IMG/VR virus record: IMGVR_UViG_3300010883_000001 | Location: 64,001-128,000 of that record | Source of the DNA: a virus | Strand: one strand, 5' to 3' | DNA: 64,000 bases | Translations under genes and position numbers: made by a program | Part shown: piece by piece, positions 36,225 to 47,814 of the stretch | How positions within the stretch are numbered: the first letter of the stretch is position 1 | Layout of the letters: each line of letters starts with the position of its first letter | The notes under the pieces: model-generated | What the model was told of the DNA's origin: nothing | The model's database searches: none | The model's input: only the letters and a program-made list of their open reading frames with translations

Positions 36225-36841
36225 TGTCATCGAATAATAGTAATAAGTTTGATGATCTGTATATTCTGACCGAGCAGATAGTAAAGTCTGTGATGTCTGA
36301 TATGTCGTTGCTGACTGAAGGTGAAAGAGAACAGCAAAAAGAGACAGAAAAACTATTGAAGGATGATTCTGCAATTGGCGAAAAAAAAGAAGAAGTAAAC
36401 GAAGACGAAGACGAAGATAAAGGGTCGGACAAAAAAGTTGTAGTGCCCCGGACAGGATCAACAGAGTCCGGGGAGGAAAAAGATCCAGCAGCTAATGCAG
36501 ATATACCTCAACCGTCCGTTTCCGAGTTTACTGATGCAAAACTATCAGATGTAATTGATCAGATTAATATGCTCCGGAGCGGAAAGTCTCTTAAAGATAA
36601 AGAAATACAAGGGCAATTGTCTACATACTATAATAGGCTCAAGGCTGGTGAGCGACAGGTATTTATGATTTTTATGTCTGCGTTAAGCCAGATATTGTCT
36701 GGTGATATTGGGGGTGGTTCCGCACCATCACCAAAGGGTCTGGACATAGAAATCGTTCCAAAGGAAAAGAAAGATAATCGTGAAGAAGAAAATGATCAGG
36801 AGAAAGCCCCTCAGGGGACTGTAATTGTAGGTGGTATATGA
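36224..36841 (+). CDS. Acidic hypothetical protein
   Basis: 205 aa; several L-x-E sites in the N-terminus. Confidence 0.7.
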   Translation: MSSNNSNKFDDLYILTEQIVKSVMSDMSLLTEGEREQQKETEKLLKDDSAIGEKKEEVNEDEDEDKGSDKKVVVPRTGSTESGEEKDPAANADIPQPSVSEFTDAKLSDVIDQINMLRSGKSLKDKEIQGQLSTYYNRLKAGERQVFMIFMSALSQILSGDIGGGSAPSPKGLDIEIVPKEKKDNREEENDQEKAPQGTVIVGGI

Positions 36842-37107
36842 AACCTAGGTCTGCATATAAAAGTGCAGGACACCTCATTTCTGAATTAAAGAATGATGGA
36901 TATGGCCCCGATCACCTATGTCGGTCTGGTTCGGTTATTAAGTTTGGTTCATCTAGATGTATAAGTGATATAGAATTAAGAATTAAGGATGCAACCCATC
37001 ATAGAAATAGTTGTGGTTCTAGAACGGCTGCTCGCCAGAGCTATAATGGGCTTTTACATGAACTGAGAAGAATGTTGAGGTTTGCTATTAGGATTAGTGG
37101 TATATAA
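36838..37107 (+). CDS. Hypothetical basic protein
   Basis: ATGA coupling. Confidence 0.6.
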   Translation: MKPRSAYKSAGHLISELKNDGYGPDHLCRSGSVIKFGSSRCISDIELRIKDATHHRNSCGSRTAARQSYNGLLHELRRMLRFAIRISGI

Positions 37108-37108
37108 T

Positions 37109-38353
37109 ATGTCTATTAGAAGATATGTACGTAGGAATATTAGGGATACATTATATCACGATGATATAGTTGAGACCTCACTTTATGATGTTTTCGTAGG
37201 TCCATTTGAAGATGTATTGCATGCACTCCCGCTGACGATCGCCACGATTACATCTGTCGCTAGGTTAAATTTAACAGTATTATTCGCAATAGATCCTGGA
37301 AAAATTGCCGCGGCACATGGTGAGTTTGATAAACGTCAGGGAGAAATTAGTAAAAAGTGGGAGCCTATAATGAAAAACAACCAAATAGCAGCAGCTCAGG
37401 GTGATCTGGGTGCAGTTGCTTTTGCGTTGGCGCCGGCGGCATTTCTAGGCGGCGCAGCAATGAAGGGTCTATATAATAATGCCGGTAATATAGGCGGCTG
37501 GGCGAGAGATGCAGGTCTAGACAAGGGTCTTTTAAGCATGCTTCCAGGATTTTCGGCGGGAAAGTCAAAATACCCTGAAACTCCCGGCGGCGCCGCCAAT
37601 GATAGCAAAAAAAAGGGGACAGTCCGAAACGTTTTAGAGAAATTGGCATCTATATTTTTTATTTATACACCTACTGAATCACAATTTAGAGATGATCTTC
37701 CGCTAATTGTGGAGAAGATACAGAAGCCGGCCCCATTTGAGCAGGCATTAGCACAGTGGTTAGATGATACCGGTCTTTCTAATGAGTTTGAAGAAATGAA
37801 AAAAGAGACAGCCGAAATTCAGATCGGCAAAGCCAAAGCCTCCCACAAGATATTTGCTGATAAGCTGATAAAGTTTGCTGGACTGTTCCAGGCAACAGAT
37901 CTTGAACAAATAGTTGCAGCTATTAAAGAAATTTCACCTGAGCAGGCATCTAAGGTAGAATCAATTGATCAGAATTTAAAAAAGGCTGAGGACGAGCTAG
38001 CTAAAAACGAGAAATTTATTCAACAGCTTAAGGATGAGAAAAAGACAAACCCTAAAGAAGAAATAGAGATGTCAGAGGATGAAATAAGGTCTTCCGCGAA
38101 AAAAGTAGCATTTGCTCAAGCAAAGGTTGATCTACAAAAACAACTTGAAGATATGCTGAAGGATAAAAAGTCTATGGATGACTTAATAATGCAAGCGACT
38201 GATGCAATATTTTCTGACTTTCCTATTAAGAATGAGAAAGCAATGACGGCCCTTAGGAAAGATTCGTTTGCTGCTAGTGTAGTAAAAGAGCTGCAGATCC
38301 TAGTAGATGATATCAAATCTCAAATTCAAAAGTTACAAAGCATGAGTTTCTAA
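37109..38353 (+). CDS. Hypothetical helical protein (possible virion/ejection protein)
   Basis: Start at MSIRRYVRR; hydrophobic Ala/Gly segment followed by a coiled coil. Confidence 0.65.
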   Translation: MSIRRYVRRNIRDTLYHDDIVETSLYDVFVGPFEDVLHALPLTIATITSVARLNLTVLFAIDPGKIAAAHGEFDKRQGEISKKWEPIMKNNQIAAAQGDLGAVAFALAPAAFLGGAAMKGLYNNAGNIGGWARDAGLDKGLLSMLPGFSAGKSKYPETPGGAANDSKKKGTVRNVLEKLASIFFIYTPTESQFRDDLPLIVEKIQKPAPFEQALAQWLDDTGLSNEFEEMKKETAEIQIGKAKASHKIFADKLIKFAGLFQATDLEQIVAAIKEISPEQASKVESIDQNLKKAEDELAKNEKFIQQLKDEKKTNPKEEIEMSEDEIRSSAKKVAFAQAKVDLQKQLEDMLKDKKSMDDLIMQATDAIFSDFPIKNEKAMTALRKDSFAASVVKELQILVDDIKSQIQKLQSMSF

Positions 38354-38383
38354 TATTATTTTTCATTATTAAGGAGTTTTAAT

Positions 38384-38740
38384 ATGAGTCAAGATTCTGG
38401 CAAGGGTTGGGTACCGGAAATTTGTTATGAGGAGCTTGAAGGAGGGTTAACCAGCAAAATACCCTTTATCAATGTCCCAGAAGACAAGGCAATGCCTGGT
38501 GTTATTTTTATATTTGAGTCAAGGGAGACCGGTGAGCTTGAACCCGGGTCTGAGGGAGAAGATCTTCCCGTTATTGAACTGAACCTTCATCAATATGCCG
38601 ATATGAGTATGCTGAAAGAAAACCTGACAACCCTAGAATATAATCGGGTTAGAGAAGTGCTGGGTTTAGATCCTTTGGTTATAGCGGTTGATAAAGGCAG
38701 GGAGATAACAAGTAATATTAGGGGTACTATAGGATCCTAG
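38384..38740 (+). CDS. Hypothetical protein
   Basis: RBS AAGGAG. Confidence 0.7.
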   Translation: MSQDSGKGWVPEICYEELEGGLTSKIPFINVPEDKAMPGVIFIFESRETGELEPGSEGEDLPVIELNLHQYADMSMLKENLTTLEYNRVREVLGLDPLVIAVDKGREITSNIRGTIGS

Positions 38741-38772
38741 GTAGCCGCCTTATCGATCCAAGGTTCTGATAA

Positions 38773-39189
38773 TTAGCGCATAAACTTAGACAGATCATAA
38801 CAGCTATTATTAATTATCTCACCTCTTACATTATATGTTTTTGACTTTTTCTCTGTTTTGTGTATGTGCGCATTCTGAGTCGTTGTGTTGTCTTCAGATA
38901 TTATTGTGACTACTGGTTGACTTTTTAGCTGAATTGCCGTCGCAATATTTAAGAATACCTCGGCCGGACACTTCGCGGTTTTTCCACTATCCATCCTATA
39001 TTCAACTAACACCGGTGTGGTTCCCACCCACGTGATATTTGTGACCGTCACCTTACCTAAACTTTGTACATTCCACCTCTGGCCTGGTAATATTGTAATG
39101 AATGTATTTTTATTAGTTTTTTCTGCTAGAAAGAATATTGCAATTGACGTGATTACTGATCCTATTAATATTCCAAGGAAAAGATACAT
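38773..39189 (-). CDS. Membrane-anchored hypothetical protein
   Basis: Fills an intergenic gap; N-terminal TM; RBS GGGAG on the - strand. Confidence 0.6.
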   Translation of the reverse strand: MYLFLGILIGSVITSIAIFFLAEKTNKNTFITILPGQRWNVQSLGKVTVTNITWVGTTPVLVEYRMDSGKTAKCPAEVFLNIATAIQLKSQPVVTIISEDNTTTQNAHIHKTEKKSKTYNVRGEIINNSCYDLSKFMR

Positions 39190-39244
39190 TATTTGAAACT
39201 CCCTGTCATTAATTTAATCATAACAAAACATTGGAGCTAATAAA

Positions 39245-39901
39245 ATGTGCTATATTTTGCCCAAAGACGTAAAAAATACGTTGAAAAAAATGTCTGGTTT
39301 TTATAATGATATGACGACGGTTTTTGATTCATATGGTTTTAAGTTTGATGAAAATGCCGGCCGCCGAAATATTGTAATGTCACATGCTCAAGAAAAAATG
39401 CTAGCAAGTGAAATTAGGGATTCATTTGACTCGGTGATATCAGATGGGCGAACGGGACAACCTGATATTGTCATAACGGATAATGATATCACTCGCGAAC
39501 TTGAATGTAAGATTACAACCCCAAGAAAGAGCCTATCATTACAGACGGATTACGAGACCCTACAAAGAAAAGGTTCACTAGATTACATTTACTTTATTAC
39601 AGATGAGAGTTTTAAAGAATTTGCCGTACTTTTCTTTGAGGGTTTAACGGCGGATGATTTTCGTCCCCCGAGCCCTGGATCACGTGGAAAGTCGAGCATG
39701 ATAAAGTATAAGGCATTTTCGAAGTGCACACCCCTACACGGATCATACAATGACTTACGCGAGCTAAATATTAAGAAATGTCAAAATAAATTAGGGAAAT
39801 TGAAGAGTTCTCAACAATATGAGAAAAAAAAGATTGAAAAATCCCTGAATTTTTGGTTAAATTCCAATAAGCGATTTACTGTTAACTTAGAGAGGATTTA
39901 A
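39245..39901 (+). CDS. PD-(D/E)XK nuclease, restriction-endonuclease-like
   Basis: E(AQEK)...PDIVI...LECK motif. Confidence 0.6.
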   Translation: MCYILPKDVKNTLKKMSGFYNDMTTVFDSYGFKFDENAGRRNIVMSHAQEKMLASEIRDSFDSVISDGRTGQPDIVITDNDITRELECKITTPRKSLSLQTDYETLQRKGSLDYIYFITDESFKEFAVLFFEGLTADDFRPPSPGSRGKSSMIKYKAFSKCTPLHGSYNDLRELNIKKCQNKLGKLKSSQQYEKKKIEKSLNFWLNSNKRFTVNLERI

Positions 39902-40393
39902 ATGAGTACTAGAGCGTATACCGTAGGATCGGTATTATTCATATTGTCACCGGGTAATAGGGAAGTACTACCCGTACGGGTTGTAGAGGAAGTATATAGA
40001 AAAAACTTATCCGGACAATCAACGTCATATATTGTTCAAACCACGGAGGGGACATCACATTCGCTAGAAGATTTGGAGGGTACCATTTTTTCTTCGACGG
40101 AGGAAGTTAGGGCAACAATGTATGATTTATTGAGACGAAAGGTAGATGAAGTTGTTGATGTAACTCACCAATTGGCAAAAGATACATTCATGAATTCGGA
40201 TAATGATGTATACGAAGATCAACATGTCCCCGTGGTACCAACTATAGAAGAAGGTCAGGAGATAGTAGGTCAGCGAGATAATCTTGTCGTTGAAGAAGTG
40301 AAGGGATTGAGTGAGACTGTTTCTCATGTTACGTTGCCTGATGGATCAGTGGCAAAAGTTTCTGTTAACCTACCTGAGGGTTTTGAGTATTAA
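39902..40393 (+). CDS. Hypothetical protein
   Basis: RBS GAGG. Confidence 0.65.
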   Translation: MSTRAYTVGSVLFILSPGNREVLPVRVVEEVYRKNLSGQSTSYIVQTTEGTSHSLEDLEGTIFSSTEEVRATMYDLLRRKVDEVVDVTHQLAKDTFMNSDNDVYEDQHVPVVPTIEEGQEIVGQRDNLVVEEVKGLSETVSHVTLPDGSVAKVSVNLPEGFEY

Positions 40394-40406
40394 GAAGAAG
40401 ATTATT

Positions 40407-41213
40407 ATGAAAAAAAAGAGAGTTTTACTTGTTGATGCCTATAATATGCTATATAGATCTAGGTGTGGATGGAAAGATGGTGAGAACCCTATCGTATATA
40501 CGTTTTTTAGATGTTTGAGATCTGTTTTAAACCAGTTTTCTCCAGATGTCGCTTATTTTGTTCTAGAAGGTTATCCTGAAATGAAGATGAATTTTGATTC
40601 ATCTTATAAGGCGCAGAGGAAACGTGAGCATGATCCTGAATGGTTTAGACAGAAGCAAATTTGTATTAATGCAGTCTCTGATTTAACCCCAGTAATATCA
40701 GTTAAGCATGAAAAACGTGAGGCTGATGATGTGATTGCTCATCTGGCGTTAAATGATCACGCAGAAGATGAGTGTATTGTAATTTCATCGGATAAAGATT
40801 TTATATTGTTAGCACAACGCCATGAAAGTTTAAAGTTATATAATCCTATTAGCAAAAAGATGCAAGAAATTCCAGACTTTGATTATTTGACTTATAAATC
40901 ATTACGAGGAGATCCATCTGATAATATTCCGGGATTTAGGGGTATCGGAGATAAGCGCGCAACAGCAATGTCTGAAGACGCTGAGTTATTTTCTAGTTTT
41001 ATGAGTGATATAGAAAAAGAAAAATTATTTGAAAAAAATAAGCAGATGATAGAATTTGTAAAGATTAATTCGTCATCAGAATTAGATTTCTTAGGTGCGC
41101 CTAACAATCCGTCTCTTTTAAGAGAACTATTTAACGATTTGGGATTCGAGTCATTATCAACTGAGGGTTCATGGGAAAAATATAGCGCACCATTCTACAA
41201 GTTGATCTGCTAG
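40407..41213 (+). CDS. 5'-3' exonuclease/flap endonuclease (T4 RNase H/PolI N-terminal family)
   Basis: LLVDAYN, YKAQR, EADDVI, SSDKDF, GDPSDNIPG..GIG. Confidence 0.92.
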   Translation: MKKKRVLLVDAYNMLYRSRCGWKDGENPIVYTFFRCLRSVLNQFSPDVAYFVLEGYPEMKMNFDSSYKAQRKREHDPEWFRQKQICINAVSDLTPVISVKHEKREADDVIAHLALNDHAEDECIVISSDKDFILLAQRHESLKLYNPISKKMQEIPDFDYLTYKSLRGDPSDNIPGFRGIGDKRATAMSEDAELFSSFMSDIEKEKLFEKNKQMIEFVKINSSSELDFLGAPNNPSLLRELFNDLGFESLSTEGSWEKYSAPFYKLIC

Positions 41214-41241
41214 TTGGCTAAATTATATATGAGGTATTTAA

Positions 41242-43108
<1,867 letters not shown>

Positions 43109-43163
43109 TGTATTGTCAGAAGATGTTAGCACATAGTGCTATTAACTAGAATAGGAGGGCTTT

Positions 43164-43415
43164 ATGCCTGCCACGATCGAAGCAACTGAAGAAGAAAGCC
43201 ATTTGACTAGGGAAACCCTATCGACAATGTCAGATAGGGAGTTGAATGATTCATTGTCAGACATAACCAGAAAAATTAGAATGTTTAGAAAAAACGGAAA
43301 GGATACGAAGGTATTTGAGGTAGAGTACTGTTACCTAGAAGACGAAAGTCAGCGGCGCGCTACATATGGTCGAAATTTTGTGTCGAGAAACTTGTATAAG
43401 AAGAGAACTCGATAA
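43164..43415 (+). CDS. Hypothetical protein
   Basis: RBS AGGAGG; first gene after the promoter. Confidence 0.75.
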   Translation: MPATIEATEEESHLTRETLSTMSDRELNDSLSDITRKIRMFRKNGKDTKVFEVEYCYLEDESQRRATYGRNFVSRNLYKKRTR

Positions 43416-43441
43416 ACCTAAATTAATTCCCGGAGAGTTTA

Positions 43442-44215
43442 ATGTCTGATATGTTACAACATTTTTTTAAAGAAGTGGGAAAATCGCCGCTTCTAACCAG
43501 AGAAGAAGAAGTTGAATTATCAAAAAGAATAGAAAAGGGTGACGCCAAGGCAAGGGATAGGATGATTAGATCTAATCTTCGCCTTGCAATTAGCATTGCA
43601 AAAAAATATCAAAACAAAGGCTGTTCATTGGAGGATTTAATTCAAGAATCCAGTATTGGTCTTATGAAAGCAGTAGAAAGATTTGACTGGAGGAAGGGTT
43701 TTAAATTTTCTACTTATGCGTGTTGGTGGATTCGACAATCTGTTAGGCGTCATATTGCCAGTCATTCAAGCTCTATTAAGCTTCCTACATACGCAAAGAA
43801 TATGTTATGGAAATCGAGGCAGATGTCGCTTGAGTATGAAAAAGAGTTTGGTGTAAAACCTACAAAAAAAGAGGTTGCTGATCTATTAGGGGTATCCGTC
43901 TCTACAATTGACTCCATATTTGCGTGTTCCGGCCCTACAGATTCACTTGATAGAAATCTGAGCTATCGTTCTAGGCAAACATCAAGAACATTAGCTGAAG
44001 TTCTAGTTGACGAAAATGCCTCTGGTGTTGATGATAAACTTGACAGTGCAACGCTTTTATCGTCAATTCGTGATGCTTTAGACAGTCTTTCGGATCGCGA
44101 ACAAAAAATTGTACGAATGAGATTTGGAATATCTGAGGATGATAATAATATTAAAAATTATCCTTTAAAAAAATCAGAGTTTGATAAAATTAAGTCTGCA
44201 TCAGGAGTTAGTTGA
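43442..44215 (+). CDS. RpoD-like sigma-70 factor lacking the region 4.2 HTH
   Basis: Region 1.2 (LLTREEEVELSKRI), region 2 (SNLRLAISIAKKY, DLIQE, GFKFSTYACWWIRQ), region 3, region 4.1 (LSDREQKIVRMRFGI); no TRERIRQIE-type helix. Confidence 0.9.
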   Translation: MSDMLQHFFKEVGKSPLLTREEEVELSKRIEKGDAKARDRMIRSNLRLAISIAKKYQNKGCSLEDLIQESSIGLMKAVERFDWRKGFKFSTYACWWIRQSVRRHIASHSSSIKLPTYAKNMLWKSRQMSLEYEKEFGVKPTKKEVADLLGVSVSTIDSIFACSGPTDSLDRNLSYRSRQTSRTLAEVLVDENASGVDDKLDSATLLSSIRDALDSLSDREQKIVRMRFGISEDDNNIKNYPLKKSEFDKIKSASGVS

Positions 44216-44217
44216 AA

Positions 44218-44538
44218 ATGACAATGCCAAAAGGTTTCAAGAGTGAGCACGGATATGCGACGGTTACATCTGTAGAGGGGGCCCTAGATTATCGTAGGAT
44301 TGCGGAAAAGATGACTAGCGAGGGTTACAAAATGAACCACTCCACAGCTAGGAATATCTTTTTGTCTGCAATGAGAAAACTTGCGTCTCACGTGGTAGAT
44401 ACTTATAGAATAGATAGCTCATCTGAGATAGTTGACAGGACTGCAAAAGATCCAAGGTTTCAAGAAGGTATTTTTGAGATTATGGATGAAATTGAAGCTG
44501 ATAAAAAGACGTCGACACAAGGTGAGTGTGGTATTTAA
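44218..44538 (+). CDS. HTH protein resembling sigma region 4.2
   Basis: LDYRRIAEKM....MNHSTARNIFLSAMRKLA; directly follows the truncated sigma (start may be 44212, 44218 or 44224). Confidence 0.55.
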   Translation: MTMPKGFKSEHGYATVTSVEGALDYRRIAEKMTSEGYKMNHSTARNIFLSAMRKLASHVVDTYRIDSSSEIVDRTAKDPRFQEGIFEIMDEIEADKKTSTQGECGI

Positions 44539-44563
44539 TCTTTTAATTTTAAGGAGTAGTTAA

Positions 44564-44932
44564 ATGGGAGCTGGTATACCTTTTGAGTTTTTTTTGGCTC
44601 GAAGAAAATATTCTGTTGAAGATGTCGTAAGAATTGCTGGGGCATTTTCTTATGAAGAGCTTGTAACATTTTGTAGGGAGTCGCAAATCCGTCCCCCTGG
44701 TCGGACTGACAAAGTTTTGAGTGCAATAAGCGCCTTCGCTACGTCTGAGAATGCCTTATCCGCAGGAAACACCCCGGTGCCAAAGGTAAGAAAGTTGAAA
44801 GTGAACAATAATCATGAAAAAGTAACTAATGAACCAACCACGGTTGAGCCGGCGGTTACTATCGAGAAAGAGGCTCCACCAAAGTCGTCAACGCCTCGTG
44901 TTCCTCGTCACCGGCGCACAAAGAAATCATAA
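44564..44932 (+). CDS. Hypothetical protein with basic low-complexity tail
   Basis: RBS AAGGAG. Confidence 0.65.
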   Translation: MGAGIPFEFFLARRKYSVEDVVRIAGAFSYEELVTFCRESQIRPPGRTDKVLSAISAFATSENALSAGNTPVPKVRKLKVNNNHEKVTNEPTTVEPAVTIEKEAPPKSSTPRVPRHRRTKKS

Positions 44933-44935
44933 CAT

Positions 44936-45109
44936 ATGTTATTTCCACGCTGGCTTTGGGGTACATGTGTATTTCTTAATGTTCTTTTGACTTCATTCAA
45001 TTTATACATTGGAAATAGGGGATATGCTGTTATGGCAACATTAACTGCATTTGTTTGTTTATTTAATTTTATTTCCGTGGGGAAGAGAGAAGAAGAGAAT
45101 GGCACTTAG
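44936..45109 (+). CDS. Small membrane protein (57 aa, not in ORF track)
   Basis: MLFPRWLWGTCVFLNVLL...; two hydrophobic stretches; fills the gap. Confidence 0.45.
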   Translation: MLFPRWLWGTCVFLNVLLTSFNLYIGNRGYAVMATLTAFVCLFNFISVGKREEENGT

Positions 45110-45767
45110 AGATATTCGTCAATATCCGGATAAGGTTTTAAGAGAGAGATCTGAGGATTTAGATCTGAGTTCTGATTTAGCATGTCAGATTAGAGATGAC
45201 CTGATAGATACATTATCACTTGTTTCCGGGGCCGGCTTAGCCGCGCCCCAGATTGGGTTTTCGTATAATGCGGTGATTATAAGACCTTCAATTATGAAAA
45301 TTCATAATCCTGATCCTAGTGAGAAAAATCCGGATTTTTGGTTTCTTGGAAACCCAGTAATAACGGTCTTATCTGATTCTGAGAAGATTGTATGGAAAGA
45401 AGCATGTTTATCCGTACCCGTCGTTTCGGGTCCGGTCGCAAGAGAGTCATATATTAAGATTAATTACGAAAATATAAAGGGTGAAAAGAAAGAGGTTACG
45501 CTTGGGCCACCTATGTCAATGGTTATGCAACATGAGGTGGATCATCTAGAAGGCAAGCTTTATATTGATAGAGTTCAAGGTGTTTCCAAGTACATGATAA
45601 ATAAAAAATTAAAGAAAGCATTTCGAAAGGAAAAGAAGAATCACGAGCAACTAGTTGAAACAATGGCCTCAATTTCCAGACCTCAATTAACTAAGTTACA
45701 TAATGAAAAAAGAAAGAGCCTTCGGGAAAAGAGAAAGAATAAAAAGAAGTCGAGAAGTAAGGGATAA
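45099..45767 (+). CDS. def: Peptide deformylase
   Basis: GAGLAAPQ, EACLS and QHEVDHL motifs; Lys-rich C-tail. Confidence 0.93.
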   Translation: MALRDIRQYPDKVLRERSEDLDLSSDLACQIRDDLIDTLSLVSGAGLAAPQIGFSYNAVIIRPSIMKIHNPDPSEKNPDFWFLGNPVITVLSDSEKIVWKEACLSVPVVSGPVARESYIKINYENIKGEKKEVTLGPPMSMVMQHEVDHLEGKLYIDRVQGVSKYMINKKLKKAFRKEKKNHEQLVETMASISRPQLTKLHNEKRKSLREKRKNKKKSRSKG

Positions 45768-45769
45768 AA

Positions 45770-46801
45770 ATGTCACATGATCCTTACTATAGAGAGTTAG
45801 GTTTAAAATCCTCAGCATCAGACTCTGATATTAAAAAAGCTTATCGCAAGCTTGCAATGAAATATCATCCTGATAAGAATGAAGGCAATAAAGCGGCTGT
45901 AGAAAAATTTAAGAAAATTTCTCATGCATATGCAGTCCTAACTGGAAAAGAATCACCTGAAAATGATGCATCAAACTTTAATCCATTTGCTCATGGCACT
46001 GGATTAGATGATATATTTAAAGAGTTTTTTGGTGGTTTCAGCACCGGTTTTGCAAGAGACTTTTCAGATTTTGAGAGGCCCCAGACCAGACCACGCCGCG
46101 ATCTAGATATTCATAGCAACATAAATATTGATTTTCTAGATGCAGTTAGAGGTTATGACAGCGTAATAAGTGTAAATACAAATAAAACATGTAACCCATG
46201 CCAAGGTACTGGTTCTGATGGCGGTCATTTAGTTTCATGTGAAACGTGTGACGGAACAGGGTCTAGCGTAATACGTAGGGGTCTTATGGTGATTCGGCAG
46301 GCATGTCCGTCCTGCGCTGGTAGTGGTCGTCAACCGGCATCATTATGTAGAATATGCTCTGGCCGTGGTTTTGGTACCGGCCTAACAGAGGTTCGTGTTA
46401 CGATTCCTCCAGGAGTAGACTCAGGAAATATTTTAAGAATGGTTGGGCTTGGAAACGAATTCTTAGGATCTGTTGGAGATCTTTTTCTTCAAATTGGTGT
46501 TGGAGATTCATCGGAGTTTTCTAGGGATGGATATAATATTTCTTCAACATATGATTTGAAGTATACTGATTTTATCCTGGGCGCAAGAGAGAATATAAAA
46601 ACAATATACGGTAATATCTCAGTAACAATCCCCCCAAATACTAGGCCTGACAGTAAATTAAAAATCTCAGGTAAAGGTATCACAAACCCATCTACGGGTG
46701 CAAGAGGGGATCATTTTTTAAGGTTAAAAGTATCCGTACCTTCGCACATAACAGATAAGCAACGAAGCGCTATCATGGTGTTAAGAGGTTTAGGGTTGTA
46801 A
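45770..46801 (+). CDS. dnaJ: DnaJ chaperone (type I)
   Basis: J-domain HPD, G/F region, four CxxCxGxG motifs, C-terminal domain. Confidence 0.95.
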   Translation: MSHDPYYRELGLKSSASDSDIKKAYRKLAMKYHPDKNEGNKAAVEKFKKISHAYAVLTGKESPENDASNFNPFAHGTGLDDIFKEFFGGFSTGFARDFSDFERPQTRPRRDLDIHSNINIDFLDAVRGYDSVISVNTNKTCNPCQGTGSDGGHLVSCETCDGTGSSVIRRGLMVIRQACPSCAGSGRQPASLCRICSGRGFGTGLTEVRVTIPPGVDSGNILRMVGLGNEFLGSVGDLFLQIGVGDSSEFSRDGYNISSTYDLKYTDFILGARENIKTIYGNISVTIPPNTRPDSKLKISGKGITNPSTGARGDHFLRLKVSVPSHITDKQRSAIMVLRGLGL

Positions 46802-46808
46802 TTATATT

Positions 46809-46838
46809 CGTGCAATTTAGTTTTTTCTGTGGTATAAT
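46809..46838 (+). promoter_or_regulatory. Promoter CGTGYAA...TGGTATAAT, copy 2
   Basis: GTGCAA-17 nt-TATAAT. Confidence 0.75.
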
Positions 46839-46864
46839 ATTACTATAAACAGGGAGGATTTAAT

Positions 46865-47122
46865 ATGTTCTTGACCACCTTAATTTTTCTACTAATCTTA
46901 TTTGGTGGAATTCCTGCATTAAAATATTTTACGGCATCATTTATAATTAGTTTTGCAGTGGGAATAGGTGCTTGTGCTCTCTTATTTGCAGGATCTACTA
47001 TCGGTTATTATGTGGGTGGGGTTACTGGCTTGTGGACATCAATATTTCTATCCTCAGGTGTTGTCCTAGGTACCCTGGTTCTTATTATTGTTTTTAGCTG
47101 GACAAAGTGTTCCTGTGAGTAA
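46865..47122 (+). CDS. Small multi-pass membrane protein
   Basis: RBS GGAGG; three hydrophobic segments. Confidence 0.65.
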   Translation: MFLTTLIFLLILFGGIPALKYFTASFIISFAVGIGACALLFAGSTIGYYVGGVTGLWTSIFLSSGVVLGTLVLIIVFSWTKCSCE

Positions 47123-47411
47123 GGATTCAATCGCTACTTTAGTAGAGCTTTTGATGCTAGAGTCAGGTATTGTACCTTTATCTGCCGGTGATATATACCC
47201 TAAGATAGTTGATGCTAGTTGGTCAATTGATAAAAGATTCAGTTCTATCTCTAAAGAAGAGAAGAGAAAGATGAAAAGAAAATTTCGAAAACTTTGGAGA
47301 AAAAAAGCAAAATCATCCGGGAGAGATTTTTCAAAACTGTCTCGTACTACAAAAAGACAATTAGTAAGATCTTTATTTTTAGACATGGCCAAAGAAAGTT
47401 TTTTTGATTGA
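47115..47411 (+). CDS. Hypothetical basic protein
   Basis: Probable GTG start overlapping the upstream gene. Confidence 0.55.
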   Translation: MSKDSIATLVELLMLESGIVPLSAGDIYPKIVDASWSIDKRFSSISKEEKRKMKRKFRKLWRKKAKSSGRDFSKLSRTTKRQLVRSLFLDMAKESFFD

Positions 47412-47479
47412 TTGTTTAAGTGTGGAAAAATAGCGTATATTTATGTATGTTATTTTCTCAATAAACGAGGTCATACTTT

Positions 47480-47779
47480 ATGAAAGAAATAGAAATACCA
47501 CTATCTGTCCTTAAGGCCATGTCACGACTCCCAATGTCAAGAGAAGAGATTGATGAGGTTGTTGACATGAAACATACAGATCTAATAATTGAATATGGGC
47601 TAGATTCTCTTCAGGCTCATATGGCATGTACATGGACTTATACCGAGGCCCAACGCCAGCATTCCCAAGATATGTCTATGTCACTTGCGGACGCACCAGA
47701 AAGAAAACCATATGGTGCGCATACAAAAACATACCCCCTCAAGGAATCGTTAAGAAGATTAATCAAAAAGTACAGGTAA
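47480..47779 (+). CDS. Hypothetical protein with C-terminal LKESLRRLIK motif
   Basis: RBS GAGG. Confidence 0.65.
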   Translation: MKEIEIPLSVLKAMSRLPMSREEIDEVVDMKHTDLIIEYGLDSLQAHMACTWTYTEAQRQHSQDMSMSLADAPERKPYGAHTKTYPLKESLRRLIKKYR

Positions 47780-47814
47780 GCTGTACATATTATATTTGTT
47801 TTATAAAATTTTCT

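Noticed and set aside
44161-44215. Programmed -1 frameshift (T TTA AAA AAA) fusing sigma to the downstream HTH
   Set aside because: The -1 frame hits TGA within a few codons, and further TAA/TAG stops precede 44212
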